The notes beneath the pieces are model-generated. The model was not told where the DNA came from and did no database searches. It saw nothing but the letters and a program-made list of their open reading frames with translations. Below, piece after piece: positions 10,580-23,144 of a stretch of 64,000 nucleotides of DNA; within the stretch, counting starts at the first letter, position 1; each line of letters opens with the position of its first letter. This DNA is from Alphaproteobacteria bacterium (lineage in GTDB: Bacteria; Pseudomonadota; Alphaproteobacteria; SP197), in NCBI GenBank assembly GCA_965228895.1, contig OZ245842.1, positions 288,001 through 352,000 on the forward strand, read 5' to 3'. The position numbers were made by a program, and so were the translations under genes.

Positions 10580-10746
10580 GGGGCTTAAGATAGGCGCGCC
10601 GAGGGGTCGGGACCAGGGGTGTTACGAAGCAGTGATTGGTCCTGACATTTTGTGCCCGGAACAGCCTTCTCTTTCATAGACAACGGGGCCAATGCCGGGG
10701 CAGGTTCCGCATCCTGATTCGGGTCCGGCTGGAGGCTGGGAACGCC

Positions 10747-11907
10747 ATGGATTTTGCCCTGACTGACGAGCAGCGGATGATCGTCGACACCGTCCGACGG
10801 TTCGTCGACGAGGAACTCGTGCCCCATGAGGACGAGGTCGAGCGCGACAACGCGGTTCGGCCCGAACTGATCGACCAGATCAAGGCCAAGGCGATCGAGA
10901 CCGGGCTTTATGCCGCCAACATGCCGGAGGAGTTCGGCGGCGGCGGGCTTGACGCGCTGACCGTGGCGCTGATGGAAAAGGAACTGGGGCGCACAAGTTT
11001 CGCCCTGCAGTACATCGTCGCCAGGCCCAGCAACATCCTGCGCGCCTGCACCGGCGATCAGGTCGAGCGTTATCTCAAGGCGACCATCCGCGGCGAGCGC
11101 ACGGAATGCCTGGCGCTGACCGAACCGAACGCCGGGTCGGACCTGCGCTCCATGCAGACGCGGGCCGAGCGCGACGGCGAGCACTTCGTCGTCAACGGCA
11201 GCAAACACTTCATCAGCTACGCGGACGTTGCGGATTACGCGATCCTGTTCGCGGTCACCGGCACCGAGGAGACGGCCAAGGGCACGAGGAAGAAGATCAC
11301 CAGCTTCATGGTCGACAAGGGCACGCCCGGCTATGAGGTCACGACCGGCTCCAACAGCGTATCACACCGGGGCTTCCACCACTGCGTGCTCTCGTTCGAC
11401 GACTGCCGGCTCCACGAAAGCCAGATGCTGGGCGAGGAGCACAAGGGTTTCGATGTCGCCAACAAATGGCTCGGCGCGACACGCCTGACCGTCGCCGCCC
11501 AATGCCTGGGCCGGGCCGAGCGGGTGCTGGATATGGCGGCAGAGTGGGCGGCCAGCCGCAAACAGTTCGGCCAGGCGATCGGCAAGTTCCAGGGCACGTC
11601 GTTCAAGCTGGCGGACATGGCGACCGAACTGGAAGCCGCCGAGCTTCTGGTCATGAAGGCCGCCTGGAAGGAAGCCAACGGCGAGGTGCGCGACCAGGAT
11701 TTCGCCATGGCGAAAGTCGCGGCGACCGAGATGCTCGGCCGCGTCACCGACCACGCCGTCCAGATCTTCGGCGGCATGGGCCTGATGGAGGAACTGCCGA
11801 TCGAGCGTTTCTGGCGCGATGCCCGGGTCGAACGCATTTGGGACGGGACCAGCGAGATCCAGCGCCATATCATCTCGCGCGCACTGCTCAGGCCCTACGA
11901 AAACTGA
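10747..11907 (+). CDS. Acyl-CoA dehydrogenase
   Basis: MDFALTDEQ start, [33 protein letters not shown]. Confidence 0.92.
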   Translation: MDFALTDEQRMIVDTVRRFVDEELVPHEDEVERDNAVRPELIDQIKAKAIETGLYAANMPEEFGGGGLDALTVALMEKELGRTSFALQYIVARPSNILRACTGDQVERYLKATIRGERTECLALTEPNAGSDLRSMQTRAERDGEHFVVNGSKHFISYADVADYAILFAVTGTEETAKGTRKKITSFMVDKGTPGYEVTTGSNSVSHRGFHHCVLSFDDCRLHESQMLGEEHKGFDVANKWLGATRLTVAAQCLGRAERVLDMAAEWAASRKQFGQAIGKFQGTSFKLADMATELEAAELLVMKAAWKEANGEVRDQDFAMAKVAATEMLGRVTDHAVQIFGGMGLMEELPIERFWRDARVERIWDGTSEIQRHIISRALLRPYEN

Positions 11908-11924
11908 ACATTGAGGAGAAGACC

Positions 11925-12710
11925 ATGAGCGACTTCGTCAAGATCCACAAAACCGGACCGATTTGGGAGTTGACGTTCGACCGTCCCAAGGCCAACGCGA
12001 TCAGCGCCGAAGCAAGCCGGGAGCTCTCGGCGGCCTTTGTTGCCTTCCGCGACGATAACGAGGCGCGGGTCGCGATCCTGACCGGCGGCGGCCAGAAGTT
12101 CTTCTCGGCCGGCTGGGATCTGAAGGCCGCGGCATCAGGCGAAGGTCTTGACGACGATCAGGGCGAGGGCGGTTTTGCCGGCCTGACGGAACTGTGGTCG
12201 CTCGACAAACCGGTGATCGCAGCGGTCAACGGTTATGCAGCCGGCGGCGGATTCGAGCTGGCGCTGGCCGCCGACATGATCGTCGCCGCCGACCACGCGC
12301 TCTTCATGCTGCCGGAGGCGACGCTCGGAATCATCGCCGATGGTGGCGGTTTCATCCGCCTGCCGCGCCGCATCCCGCGCGCCATCGCCAACGAGATGCT
12401 GATGACCGGCCGGCGCATGGATGCCGAGGAGGCTCTGCGCTGGGGTCTGGTCAACCGTGTCGTGCCGCAGGCTGAGCTGATGGCCGCGGCCCGCGAACTG
12501 GCGCAGCAGGTTTGCCAGTGCGCGCCGTTGTCACTGCGCGGTACCAAGGCCTCGATCAACGCGATCGAAGCCATGACCGTCGAGGACGCCTATGCCCACA
12601 TCCGCGCCGGCAAGGTCGAAGCCTACAACGCGATCTTCACCTCCGAGGACTCGAAGGAGGGACCGCTGGCCTTCTCCGAGGGCCGCGACCCCGTCTGGAA
12701 GGGGCGTTAG
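11925..12710 (+). CDS. Crotonase/enoyl-CoA hydratase (carnitinyl-CoA dehydratase CaiD-like)
   Basis: RBS GAGGAG then ATG 11925; [31 protein letters not shown]. Confidence 0.88.
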   Translation: MSDFVKIHKTGPIWELTFDRPKANAISAEASRELSAAFVAFRDDNEARVAILTGGGQKFFSAGWDLKAAASGEGLDDDQGEGGFAGLTELWSLDKPVIAAVNGYAAGGGFELALAADMIVAADHALFMLPEATLGIIADGGGFIRLPRRIPRAIANEMLMTGRRMDAEEALRWGLVNRVVPQAELMAAARELAQQVCQCAPLSLRGTKASINAIEAMTVEDAYAHIRAGKVEAYNAIFTSEDSKEGPLAFSEGRDPVWKGR

Positions 12711-12721
12711 CAACACGAACT

Positions 12722-12845
12722 CCCCTCACCCAGCTTCGGCTAAGGCGCTGACGCGCCCAAGCCTACGCATCCCTCTCCCTCAAGGGGCGAGGGAAACAGC
12801 GCTGGGCTCCCTCTCCCCGTCGAGGGAGAGGGCCGGGGTGAGGGG
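12722..12845. repeat. Palindromic intergenic repeat of the alphaproteobacterial CIR/REP-like type, copy 1
   Basis: CCCCTCACCC..CCCTCTCCCTCAAGGGGCGAGGG..CCCTCTCCCCGTCGAGGGAGAGGG..GGGTGAGGGG; a second copy lies at 22668. Confidence 0.8.
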
Positions 12846-12917
12846 GCTTTGCGCTTGCGCTGTACCGTTGCCGGTGCGAGAACCGGCGACGGCTCTTTTC
12901 CTGCTTTGAGGACCTGA

Positions 12918-14123
<1,206 letters not shown>

Positions 14124-14201
14124 TCGTCATAGGGTGTGATTTGAGCCCTAGCAAAAGTACGCCATCTAGGCGGGACACCCTAGATAACGTAAGGTATTGG
14201 G

Positions 14202-15197
14202 ATGCTGATTAAGCTGAAACGCGGCTGGGAACTGCCAGAATCCGCTGCAACGCCTGAATCCGTCTATATGGACCGGCGCACGCTGGCCAAGGCGATTGCC
14301 GCCGGACCAATCATTGCCGGCGCCGCGTCGTTGCCTTTGTCAGGCGCAGAGGCGGCGGTTCTGGACGATGTTCAGGCGCAGATCGCCGACGATCCGACGG
14401 CCGATCTCTACCCCGCGCCGCGCAACGAGATGTACGACGCCGGTCGGCCGATCACCGACGAGGAGATCAACTCGACCTACAACAACTTCTACGAGTTCGG
14501 CAGCCACAAGCAGATCTGGCAGCGCGTCGACGACTTTCAGCGCCGGCCCTGGGCGATCACCTTTGACGGGCTGGTCGAGGAAGAAAGGACCGTCGATATC
14601 GATACCCTGATCCGCGCCATGTCTCTGGAAGAGCGCGTTTACCGCCATCGCTGCGTCGAGGCCTGGTCCATGGTGGTGCCGTGGACCGGCTTTCCCATGA
14701 AGGATCTGGTGGCCTATGCGCGTCCGCTGGGCTCGGCCAAGTACGTGGTCATGCAGACCTTCCACGACCCCGACGTCGCGCCGGGCCAGAAGCAGTCCTG
14801 GTATCCCTGGCCCTATACCGAGGGCGTGACCATCGAGGAGGCGGAGAACGAGTTGTCCTTCATGGTGACCGGCGCTTACGGCAAGCCGATGGCCAACCAG
14901 TTCGGCGCGCCGATCCGCCTGCATCTGCCCTGGAAGTACGGCTTCAAGTCGGTCAAGTCGATCGTGCGGGTGAGTTTCACCGAGGAACGTCCGGTGACGT
15001 TCTGGCAGGAGCTCATCGAGGACGAGTATGGCTTCTGGGCCAATGTGAACCCGGAGGTCGACCATCCGCGCTGGAGCCAGGCAAGCGAGCGTGTGCTGGG
15101 CACGGATGAGCGCATCGATACGCAACTGCACAACGGTTACGCGATGCATGTCGCCCACCTGTACGAAGGCTTGGAAGACGAACCGCTCTATATGTAG
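14202..15197 (+). CDS. msrP: Protein-methionine-sulfoxide reductase catalytic subunit
   Basis: Tat-like DRRTL, YNNFYEFG, RHRCVEAWSMVVPW, PWKYGFKS, VNPEVDHPRWSQ. Confidence 0.93.
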   Translation: MLIKLKRGWELPESAATPESVYMDRRTLAKAIAAGPIIAGAASLPLSGAEAAVLDDVQAQIADDPTADLYPAPRNEMYDAGRPITDEEINSTYNNFYEFGSHKQIWQRVDDFQRRPWAITFDGLVEEERTVDIDTLIRAMSLEERVYRHRCVEAWSMVVPWTGFPMKDLVAYARPLGSAKYVVMQTFHDPDVAPGQKQSWYPWPYTEGVTIEEAENELSFMVTGAYGKPMANQFGAPIRLHLPWKYGFKSVKSIVRVSFTEERPVTFWQELIEDEYGFWANVNPEVDHPRWSQASERVLGTDERIDTQLHNGYAMHVAHLYEGLEDEPLYM

Positions 15198-15312
15198 GTG
15201 GTGTCCTGTTCGTTAGTGCGAACCGTTGCCAGCCCGCGCCCCCTCCCGGCCACCCATGGCAGCATCCTCGGGGTGGCCGGGAGGGGGTGCGGGCTGGCGG
15301 TGGCAGCTAAAC

Positions 15313-15343
15313 AAAAAAAGGCCCGGATCCGAGGATCCGGGCC
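15313..15343 (-). terminator. Rho-independent terminator of sRNA copy A
   Basis: 10-bp perfect stem followed by a 7-U run on the minus strand. Confidence 0.8.
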
Positions 15344-15477
15344 AGTTTATTAAGGGAGGCTTCACGTCTGGGAGACGTCGGGACCTCAAGAGATCCCGTC
15401 CAGGCAAAACCTGGAATGACACGCTTTCGATCGGGGGGCATCCGTCTCGAAGGGCAGAGAACACTCCGCCTGTGTCA
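15313..15477 (-). ncRNA. Putative AbcR/alpha-r15-like small RNA, copy A (ends approximate)
   Basis: Minus strand: own promoter (TTGTGC-17-TACATT), several hairpins, anti-SD motifs CUCCCA and CCUCCCU, terminator GGCCCGGATC-CTCG-GATCCGGGCC-T7. Near-identical core to copy B; downstream of lsrB. Confidence 0.7.
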
Positions 15478-15575
15478 GGGGTAAATGTAGGAAGCGATGA
15501 TGCACCGCACAATGAACAGATGGGCAACCCAGCCATGCGCAAAGAGTGCGGCTGACGTCATCATGCGGTCATAAG

Positions 15576-15750
15576 AAAAACGGGCCGGATTTTGCAATCC
15601 GGCCCGAGGGTCGTTAGGGAGGCTTCACGTCTGGGAGACGCCGGGATCTCTATGGATCCCGTCCAGGTAAAACCTGGAATGACACGCTTTATCGATCGGG
15701 GGGCATCCGTCGATCCAACTGCCGCCTTGGGCGCCAGTCTGACCGTGTCA
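15576..15750 (-). ncRNA. Putative AbcR/alpha-r15-like small RNA, copy B (ends approximate)
   Basis: Promoter TTGGCA-18-TAAATT, same ~100-nt core as copy A, terminator CGGGCCGGATT-GCAA-AATCCGGCCCG-T5. Confidence 0.7.
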
Positions 15751-15807
15751 CCAATTAATTTAGTAATCGGTTATGCAATGTGCCAATTACGGTTAAGCAA
15801 CCCAGAT

Positions 15808-15822
15808 ATGCAAAAATTGCAT
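15808..15822. promoter_or_regulatory. LysR-type T-N11-A box ATGCAA-AAA-TTGCAT upstream of the sRNA B promoter
   Basis: Palindrome about 60-70 bp upstream of the predicted TSS. The flanking GCAACCCAG-NN-ATGC recurs upstream of copy A (about 15524-15538). Confidence 0.6.
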
Positions 15823-15850
15823 GACAAGTTAACATATTGATTTGTAAGCA

Positions 15851-16741
15851 CTAAAACTGACTTGTCGCAACCTTTTCGAGCAGAAAGTCGCGAAATGCCG
15901 TGATGCGCTTCGAATTGCGCTGTTCTTCGGGATAGACGAAGTAAGCCTCGGCGGTCGGCAGCGGGGCGTCCACCTCGATCCGCACCTTGCGGTCCGATCC
16001 TTCCAGAACATAGTCGGGCAGGATGGCGATGCCCAGACCGCTTTCGACCGCACGTCGCATGCCCAGCATGCTGTTGACGGTCAAAGCCGGCCGGCGCTGC
16101 GGGCGACCGTTGCCGTACGAATGCGGCAGCCAGTCCGGGTTGACGACACCGGCCAGCGGCCCGTGGTCATAGACGATCAGCCGGTGTTTCTCGAGATCCT
16201 GGAGCGTGCGCGGCCGGCCCCATTCCTTCAGGTAGCTGGGCGCCGCATAGAAGTGGAAGTGGATGGTTTTCAGGTGGCGCAGGATCAGGTCGGGTTGCTG
16301 AGGCCGGGACATGCGGATGGCCACGTCGGCCTCGCGCATCGAAAGATCCAGCTCGCCGTCCTCGACCCGGATGCTGATCGAGATCTCCGGATAGCGGTCC
16401 ATGAACTCGACAATGCGCGGCAACAGCCAGATGGTCGAAAAGCCGGTCGTCGCGGTCACCGTCAAATGCCCGTCCGGCCGGTCCTTGCTGTCTGACAGGC
16501 GCGCCTCGGCCATGGCGATGCGCGCGAACACCTCACGCGCGGTGCGATAGAGCAGTTCGCCTTGCTCGGTGACGATCAGACCCCGCGCATGACGATGGAA
16601 CAGCGTCACCTGGAGGTTCTCCTCCAATGCGCTGATCTGCCGGCTGACCGCCGACTGGCTGAGGTTCAACTGCTCGCCGGCTTTCGTAAAGCTGCCGGCT
16701 TCGGCCACGTGATAGAACACACGCAGCTTGTCCCAATCCAT
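15851..16741 (-). CDS. lsrB: LysR family regulator, LsrB/VtlR ortholog
   Basis: MDWDKLRVF..AGSFT..LFHRHARGLIVTEQGELLYRTA signature; directly downstream of trxB, as in rhizobia. Confidence 0.82.
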   Translation of the reverse strand: MDWDKLRVFYHVAEAGSFTKAGEQLNLSQSAVSRQISALEENLQVTLFHRHARGLIVTEQGELLYRTAREVFARIAMAEARLSDSKDRPDGHLTVTATTGFSTIWLLPRIVEFMDRYPEISISIRVEDGELDLSMREADVAIRMSRPQQPDLILRHLKTIHFHFYAAPSYLKEWGRPRTLQDLEKHRLIVYDHGPLAGVVNPDWLPHSYGNGRPQRRPALTVNSMLGMRRAVESGLGIAILPDYVLEGSDRKVRIEVDAPLPTAEAYFVYPEEQRNSKRITAFRDFLLEKVATSQF

Positions 16742-16796
16742 ATCCGCTACCGCCTCATGCCCCTGGCGGGGCCGTCAGACGTCCGTTGGTGGACGT

Positions 16797-17765
16797 CTAT
16801 TCGGCCGCCACCTGCTCGGCGCTTTCCAGCGCCGCTATGAACTTTTCGGCCTCCAGGGCCGCCATGCAACCGGTTCCCGCCGCCGTCACTGCCTGGCGAT
16901 AGATCTTATCCTGAACGTCGCCAGCGGCATAAACACCGGGAATGTTGGTCGCCGTGCTGTCGGCCGCGGTAATCAGATAGCCCTCCGCGTCCATATCCAG
17001 CACGCCCTTGAACATCTCCGTATTCGGGCTGTGACCGATCGCGATGAAGACACCGTCGAGCGCGATGTCACGCGTGTCGCCCGACTTCACATTGCGTACG
17101 CGAATGCCGGTCACCCCGAACGGATCTTCTTCGCCCAGCACCTCGTCGAGCACCGTATCCCACAGGATTTCGACCTTGGGATGGCGGAACAAACGGTCCT
17201 GAAGGATCTTTTCGGCGCGCAGTTCGTCGCGGCGGTGGAGCAACGTCACCTTGGACGCGTGATTGGTAAGATAGAGAGCTTCTTCCACAGCCGTGTTACC
17301 GCCGCCGACCACCGCGACTTCCTTGTCACGGAAGAAGAAGCCGTCACATGTCGCGCAAGCCGAGACGCCGAAACCCTGGAACCGGGTTTCGCTGTCCAGA
17401 CCGAGCCATTTCGCCTGGGCGCCGGTCGAGACGATGACGGCGTCGCCGGTATAGGTATCTCCGGAGTCACCGGTCGCCTTGAACGGCCGGGTCGTGAAGT
17501 CGACGGCGGTCACGATGTCATGGATCAGTTTCGTGCCGACATGAGCGGCCTGTTCGGTCATCTGCTCCATCAGCCAGGGACCCTGGATGACGTCGGCGAA
17601 ACCGGGATAGTTTTCCACATCTGTCGTGATCGTCATCTGGCCGCCGGGCTGGATGCCGTGGACCAACAAGGGCTCAAGTCCCGCGCGCGCGGCATAGATC
17701 GCAGCGGTCAAGCCGGCCGGGCCCGAGCCCAGGATCAAGACCTTGGCGTGATGGGTTTCAGCCAT
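16797..17765 (-). CDS. trxB: Thioredoxin reductase
   Basis: GSGPAG, CATCDG active site, GGGNTAVEE, HRRD. Confidence 0.97.
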   Translation of the reverse strand: MAETHHAKVLILGSGPAGLTAAIYAARAGLEPLLVHGIQPGGQMTITTDVENYPGFADVIQGPWLMEQMTEQAAHVGTKLIHDIVTAVDFTTRPFKATGDSGDTYTGDAVIVSTGAQAKWLGLDSETRFQGFGVSACATCDGFFFRDKEVAVVGGGNTAVEEALYLTNHASKVTLLHRRDELRAEKILQDRLFRHPKVEILWDTVLDEVLGEEDPFGVTGIRVRNVKSGDTRDIALDGVFIAIGHSPNTEMFKGVLDMDAEGYLITAADSTATNIPGVYAAGDVQDKIYRQAVTAAGTGCMAALEAEKFIAALESAEQVAAE

Positions 17766-18098
17766 CTGCGATATCCTCCGATCGGCGCCTTCAATGTCGG
17801 ACCTTATGTAGACGTTTGTCCCCTTCGGTAAAAGGGGACAGCCTCAAAAAGGGTGGCAGTGCCTCCATAGATGGGATCGAGCCGCAAACGATCCACAGCG
17901 TGGTTCAATCGGCGTACGTAAAACCGATCTGAATCAACCAGGTAGAACCAATTCACCCGTATTGATGTCACCACATTGCGATTCGACCAGTTTGCGGTCT
18001 TTTCTGGCACCACAAGGTGCTCCCACCTTTGCGACCTTGCCCTTGGCGACCCGAATGATGATGCTAGACTCATGAAAGTAGAAACCTTTGAGCGCCCG

Positions 18099-18428
18099 AT
18101 GTCCGAGAGAACCGCAAAGTTCCACATTGGCGACATCGTTCACCACCGCGTGTTCCCGTTTCGCGGCGTGATCTTCGATGTCGACCCGGTGTTCGCCAAC
18201 ACCGAGGAATGGTGGTTGTCGATTCCCGAAGACGTCAGGCCGTCCAAGGACCAGCCCTACTATCATCTGTTGGCCGAAAACGAGCAGACCAGCTACGTCG
18301 CCTACGTGTCGGAGCAGAACCTGGTGCTCGACGACAGCCAGGCGCCGGTTTCCCACCCCCAGGTCAACGACATCTTCGCGGGCATCGTGAACGGCCGTTA
18401 CGTGCCGCGCCATAACGCGGCGAACTGA
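18099..18428 (+). CDS. hspQ: Heat shock protein HspQ (YccV-like)
   Basis: AKFHIGDIVHHRVFPFRGVIFDVDP..DQPYYHLLAEN..YVSEQNL; an alternative start at 18072 is possible. Confidence 0.88.
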   Translation: MSERTAKFHIGDIVHHRVFPFRGVIFDVDPVFANTEEWWLSIPEDVRPSKDQPYYHLLAENEQTSYVAYVSEQNLVLDDSQAPVSHPQVNDIFAGIVNGRYVPRHNAAN

Positions 18429-18434
18429 CCCCCT

Positions 18435-19400
18435 CTAAAAACGAACGCCCCGTTCGACCAGCTTGGCGCGGATCGTCTCGGCGACCGCCGCCGTATCGTC
18501 GAGCGGGGCGGGCGCCCAGTCCTCGAGCACACCGTTGAATGGACGCACGTATCCGCCGGCCACCATCATCTCGTGGAAGGCGCGAAATTTCGCCGAACCG
18601 CCTGGCAGATCGACGACATAGACCGGTTTGCCGCTGGCGGTAGCCTCGGTGACCATGTTGACGGAATCGCCGGTGACGACGATGGCATCCGCCAGCCCCA
18701 GCCAGCCGGGATAGGGATTGTCGCCGGTGCCGTCCCACACGGTGGTGCGGTCCATCGGTAAGCCGGCGGCGAGCGCGCGCGCCTGGGTGTCGCCGGTGCG
18801 CCTGGACGTGGTGACCAGCAGGCTGCCCGGAAGCTTGGCGAGGTTGCCGGCGAGCGCCTCGGCCTCGGCGGTGCCAAACGCATAGACGCGGTTCGCGCCG
18901 CCAACCAGGACGACGGTCACCGGGCGGGAAAGGGATGCAGCGAGGTCGGCGAAGCGGGCGGATTCGCGCGCCAGCACCTCGGCCGTCAGACCGTGAAGCG
19001 AGCCGGTTGTGCTGATCACGTTCGACCCCTCCAGCCGGTCATGGCGCGGCGCGACCACCAGGTCGAAATGGTGCGGCGCCATCACGGGGTTCTGCACCTG
19101 AACCGTGAACGTCTTGCCGCCGGATGCGCGTCGGATCGCTTTTGCCGGTGCCGCCGACTTGCGGCCCGACGCGATCAACAGGTCCGGCCAGGGCGGCGCC
19201 AACGGGTCGCCGTCCGGCCCAGGTGCGGAGAGCGGTGCGAACCAAAACTGGGGCGGCAGCCAGCGCCAGGGTGCGCGGACCTTGATGCGTTTTGTCTCGA
19301 AGGGCAGGCCGACACGTTCGGCCAGGCCGATGCATTGTTTTTCCGTGCCGATGATGCCGTCGGTAACGACCCAGGCGTGGGCTGTGTGCGGCTCGGACAA
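18435..19400 (-). CDS. ELM1/GtrOC1-family protein (nucleoside-diphosphate sugar epimerase-like)
   Basis: PWPDLLIASGR, FDLVVAPRHD, TTSRRT, NPYPGWL, VTGDSVNMVTEA. Confidence 0.85.
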   Translation of the reverse strand: MSEPHTAHAWVVTDGIIGTEKQCIGLAERVGLPFETKRIKVRAPWRWLPPQFWFAPLSAPGPDGDPLAPPWPDLLIASGRKSAAPAKAIRRASGGKTFTVQVQNPVMAPHHFDLVVAPRHDRLEGSNVISTTGSLHGLTAEVLARESARFADLAASLSRPVTVVLVGGANRVYAFGTAEAEALAGNLAKLPGSLLVTTSRRTGDTQARALAAGLPMDRTTVWDGTGDNPYPGWLGLADAIVVTGDSVNMVTEATASGKPVYVVDLPGGSAKFRAFHEMMVAGGYVRPFNGVLEDWAPAPLDDTAAVAETIRAKLVERGVRF

Positions 19401-19402
19401 AC

Positions 19403-22400
19403 TCAGTACGGCATCGCCGAATAGGACTGCAGCGGCGCCACGTCCAAGGCGTCGTCGCGCAGCGCGGCGATGGCCTGAACCATGGCCCGCGCGCCGGCGA
19501 TGGTGGTGGCGTAGGGCAGGCGTTTGATCAACGCGGTCCGCCGCAAGCTGAAGCTGTCGGCGATCGACTTGGCGCCTTCGGTCGTGTTGATCAAGAGATC
19601 GATCCGGTCGTCGGTCAGCCAGTCGACGATATGGGGCGGTCCTTCCAGCACCTTGTTGATCGTCTGGACCTCAAGGCCGGCTTCAGTAAGGGTCCGGGCC
19701 GTGCCGCGTGTCGCCACCAGGGTGAACCCGAGGTCAACCAATTGCCGCGACAGCGCGATGGCGGCCGCCTTGTCGTGGTCTCTGACCGAAATGAAGACCT
19801 GGCCGGACTGGGGTAGCGTGCTGCCCGCCGCCAACTGGGCCTTGGCAAAGGCGTGGGCGAAGTCGCGGTCGAGGCCCATGACCTCGCCGGTCGACTTCAT
19901 CTCCGGACCCAGGATGATATCGACATCGGGGAAGCGAGCGAACGGGAAGACCGCTTCCTTCACCGCCACGTGGTCGGGCGTGTGTTCTCTGAGCTTGAAG
20001 TCCTTCAGCTTCTCGCCCGCCATGATGCGCGCGGCGATCTTGGCGATCGGCACGCCGATGGTCTTGGCGACAAAGGGCACGGTGCGGCTCGCGCGCGGGT
20101 TGACCTCCAGCAGATAGATCTCGCCGTCCTTGGTCGCGAACTGCACGTTCATCAGGCCGACGACGCCGAGTGCCTTGGCCAATGCCACGGTCTGACGGCG
20201 CATCTCCTCGACCAGGTCGCCGTTCAGCGAATGGGGCGGCAGCGAGCATGCGGAATCGCCGGAATGAACACCGGCTTCCTCGATGTGCTGTAGGATGCCG
20301 GCGACGAACACATCCTCGCCGTCGGCCAGCGCATCAACATCGACCTCGATGGCGTCATCCAGGAACCGGTCGATCAGGATTGGATTGCCGCCAGACGATG
20401 CCACCGCCTGATCCAGGTAGCGCTCCAGGCCGTCGTCGCCATAGACGATTTCCATGGCGCGGCCGCCGAGCACGTAGGACGGGCGCACGACAACCGGATA
20501 GCCGATGCGATCGGTCACCGCCCGCGCTTCGTCCAGCGTCATGCAGGTGCCGTTCTCCGGCTGTTTCAGGTCGAGATCGTTGAGCAGAACCTGGAAACGT
20601 TTGCGGTCCTCGGCCCGATCGATCGCGTCGGGCGACGTGCCGATGATCGGGATGCCGCTCTCTTCAAGCGCCTTGGCCAGCTTCAGCGGCGTCTGGCCGC
20701 CGAACTGGACGATGACGCCCTTCAGGGTGCCGCGACTCATCTCGACCCGCGCGATCTCGATCACGTCCTCGGCGGTCAGCGGCTCGAAATAGAGCCGGTC
20801 CGATGTGTCGTAGTCGGTCGATACGGTCTCGGGATTGCAGTTGACCATGATGGTCTCGATGCCCGCTTCCTCAAGGCCGTAGCAGGCGTGGACGCAGCAG
20901 TAGTCGAACTCGATGCCCTGACCGATCCGGTTGGGGCCACCGCCCAGGATCATCACCTTGTCGCGGTCGCTGGGTGCGGCCTCGCATTCCGGCTCGTTGA
21001 TCCCGTCGCCCTCGTAACAGCCGTACATATAGGAAGTCTGGCTGGAGAACTCGGCGGCACACGTGTCGATGCGCTTATAGACCGGCCACACCTTGGCCTC
21101 GTGCCGACGCCGGCGCACCTCGGTCTCGTCGAGGCCGGCAAGTTCTGCCAGCCGGGCGTCGGAGAACCCGAGCTTCTTCAGACGCAGCAGGCCAATGCGG
21201 TCCGTCGGCAAACCGTTTTCGCGGATGTCCGCTTCGGCATCGACGATGTCGCGCATCTGCTCGAGATACCAGGGATCGAAATGGGTGATGGCGTTGATCT
21301 CGTCGTCGCTCAGCCCGTGGCGCATGGCCTGGGCAATCGCCAGCAAACGGTCCGGTGTCGGCTTGGCGAGCGTGCCGATGATGCCGTCCTTCGACGTGTC
21401 GTCGAAGGTGATTTCGTTGAGGCCGGTCAAGCCGGTCTCCATGGACCGCAGCGCCTTCTGCAAGGACTCGGCAAAACAGCGGCCGATCGACATGGCTTCG
21501 CCGACCGACTTCATGGATGTCGTCAACAATGGTTCGGTGCCGGCGAACTTCTCGAACGTGAAGCGCGGCATCTTGGTGACGATGTAGTCGATGCTGGGTT
21601 CGAAGGACGCCGGCGTCACGCCGGTGATGTCGTTCTGGATCTCATCCAGCGTGTACCCGATGGCGAGCTTGGCGGCGACCTTGGCGATCGGGAAGCCGGT
21701 CGCCTTCGACGCCAGGGCCGACGAACGCGACACCCGGGGGTTCATCTCGATCACGATCAGACGCCCGTCCGCCGGGTTGACGGCGAACTGCACGTTCGAC
21801 CCGCCGGTGTCGACGCCGATCTCGCGCAGCACCGCGAGCGAGGCGTTGCGCATGATCTGGTATTCCTTGTCGGTCAGGGTCAGCGCCGGCGCGACGGTGA
21901 TGGAGTCGCCGGTGTGGACGCCCATGGGATCGACGTTCTCGATCGAGCAGACGATGATGCAGTTGTCGGCGCGGTCGCGCACGACCTCCATCTCGTATTC
22001 TTTCCAGCCGACGATCGATTCCTCGACCAGCACCTCGTTGGTCGGGCTCGCCTCGATGCCGCGGCGCACGATGTCGTAAAACTGATCGCGGTTGTAGGCG
22101 ATGCCGCCACCGGTGCCGCCCAGGGTAAAGCTGGGCCGGATGATGGCGGGCAAGCCGATCGCTTCGAGCGCCTCGGTCGCTTCTTCAATGTTATGGGCCA
22201 GCCGGCTCTCGGCGCATTCCAGGCCGATGCGGCCCATGGCGTCGCGGAAGAGCTCGCGGTCCTCGGCCATGTCGATGGCCTCGCGCGTCGCGCCGATCAT
22301 CTCGACGCCGTGCTCCTTCAAGACGCCGTCGCGCGCGAGCGTCAGCGCCGTGTTCAGCCCGGTCTGGCCGCCCATGGTCGGCAGCAGCGCGTCCGGCTTT

Positions 22401-22642
22401 TCCTTGGCGATAACGCGCGCCACCAACTCCGGCGTGATCGGCTCTATATACGTCGCATCCGCCAGGCCGGGGTCGGTCATGATGGTGGCGGGGTTGGAGT
22501 TTACCAGGATGACCCGGTAGCCCTCCTCCTTCAGCGCCTTGCACGCCTGGGCGCCCGAATAGTCGAACTCGCACGCCTGGCCGATGATGATGGGCCCGGC
22601 GCCGATGATCAGGATCGACTCGATGTCCGTGCGCTTAGGCAT
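19403..22642 (-). CDS. carB: Carbamoyl-phosphate synthase large subunit
   Basis: [25 protein letters not shown], duplicated ATP-grasp domains, 1079 aa. Confidence 0.98.
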   Translation of the reverse strand: MPKRTDIESILIIGAGPIIIGQACEFDYSGAQACKALKEEGYRVILVNSNPATIMTDPGLADATYIEPITPELVARVIAKEKPDALLPTMGGQTGLNTALTLARDGVLKEHGVEMIGATREAIDMAEDRELFRDAMGRIGLECAESRLAHNIEEATEALEAIGLPAIIRPSFTLGGTGGGIAYNRDQFYDIVRRGIEASPTNEVLVEESIVGWKEYEMEVVRDRADNCIIVCSIENVDPMGVHTGDSITVAPALTLTDKEYQIMRNASLAVLREIGVDTGGSNVQFAVNPADGRLIVIEMNPRVSRSSALASKATGFPIAKVAAKLAIGYTLDEIQNDITGVTPASFEPSIDYIVTKMPRFTFEKFAGTEPLLTTSMKSVGEAMSIGRCFAESLQKALRSMETGLTGLNEITFDDTSKDGIIGTLAKPTPDRLLAIAQAMRHGLSDDEINAITHFDPWYLEQMRDIVDAEADIRENGLPTDRIGLLRLKKLGFSDARLAELAGLDETEVRRRRHEAKVWPVYKRIDTCAAEFSSQTSYMYGCYEGDGINEPECEAAPSDRDKVMILGGGPNRIGQGIEFDYCCVHACYGLEEAGIETIMVNCNPETVSTDYDTSDRLYFEPLTAEDVIEIARVEMSRGTLKGVIVQFGGQTPLKLAKALEESGIPIIGTSPDAIDRAEDRKRFQVLLNDLDLKQPENGTCMTLDEARAVTDRIGYPVVVRPSYVLGGRAMEIVYGDDGLERYLDQAVASSGGNPILIDRFLDDAIEVDVDALADGEDVFVAGILQHIEEAGVHSGDSACSLPPHSLNGDLVEEMRRQTVALAKALGVVGLMNVQFATKDGEIYLLEVNPRASRTVPFVAKTIGVPIAKIAARIMAGEKLKDFKLREHTPDHVAVKEAVFPFARFPDVDIILGPEMKSTGEVMGLDRDFAHAFAKAQLAAGSTLPQSGQVFISVRDHDKAAAIALSRQLVDLGFTLVATRGTARTLTEAGLEVQTINKVLEGPPHIVDWLTDDRIDLLINTTEGAKSIADSFSLRRTALIKRLPYATTIAGARAMVQAIAALRDDALDVAPLQSYSAMPY

Positions 22643-22667
22643 CAGGTGAGAACCTTGTTTCTATAGA

Positions 22668-22784
22668 CCCCTCACCCTGCCCCTCTCCCTCAAGGGGAGA
22701 GGGGACGCGGTGGCCGCTTTGCCGCCCTCTCCCCTCGAGGGAGAGGGAGGGACCCGTCGCTTCAGCGGCGGGAGGGTGAGGGGG
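22668..22784. repeat. CIR/REP-like palindromic repeat, copy 2, adjacent to the DUF559 gene
   Basis: CCCCTCACCC TG CCCCTCTCCCTCAAGGGGAGAGGGG..CCCTCTCCCCTCGAGGGAGAGGG..GGGTGAGGGG. Confidence 0.8.
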
Positions 22785-22794
22785 CTTGGCGCGA

Positions 22795-23144
22795 CTACTG
22801 ATCACGAGCCCGCTCTTCGACGGTTTGTTCGATGACGGTCAGCGCGCCTTCGATGTTCTTCAAGATGTCCATGTTCCAAAGGCGCAAGACCCGGTAACCC
22901 CGCTCACGAAAGTAAGCATCTCTCTCCTGGTCGCGCGCGCTACCGGCGTGCTGACCGCCATCCGCCTCGACGATCAGTTTGGCGTCAAAGCAGACGAAAT
23001 CCACGACATAGGGACCAAGCGGAACCTGTCGGCGAAACTTGTGCCCACTCAGGTCACGATTGTGCAGATGGCGCCACAAGCGCGTCTCCGCGTCCGTCTG
23101 ACGCTTGCGCAGAGGTTGGGCCGCTTGCGTTCGCTTGGGTCGGT

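Noticed and set aside
15313-15750. CRISPR array or REP interpretation of the duplicated block
   Set aside because: Only two long units, each with a promoter and terminator; no repeat-spacer periodicity and no cas genes anywhere in the window
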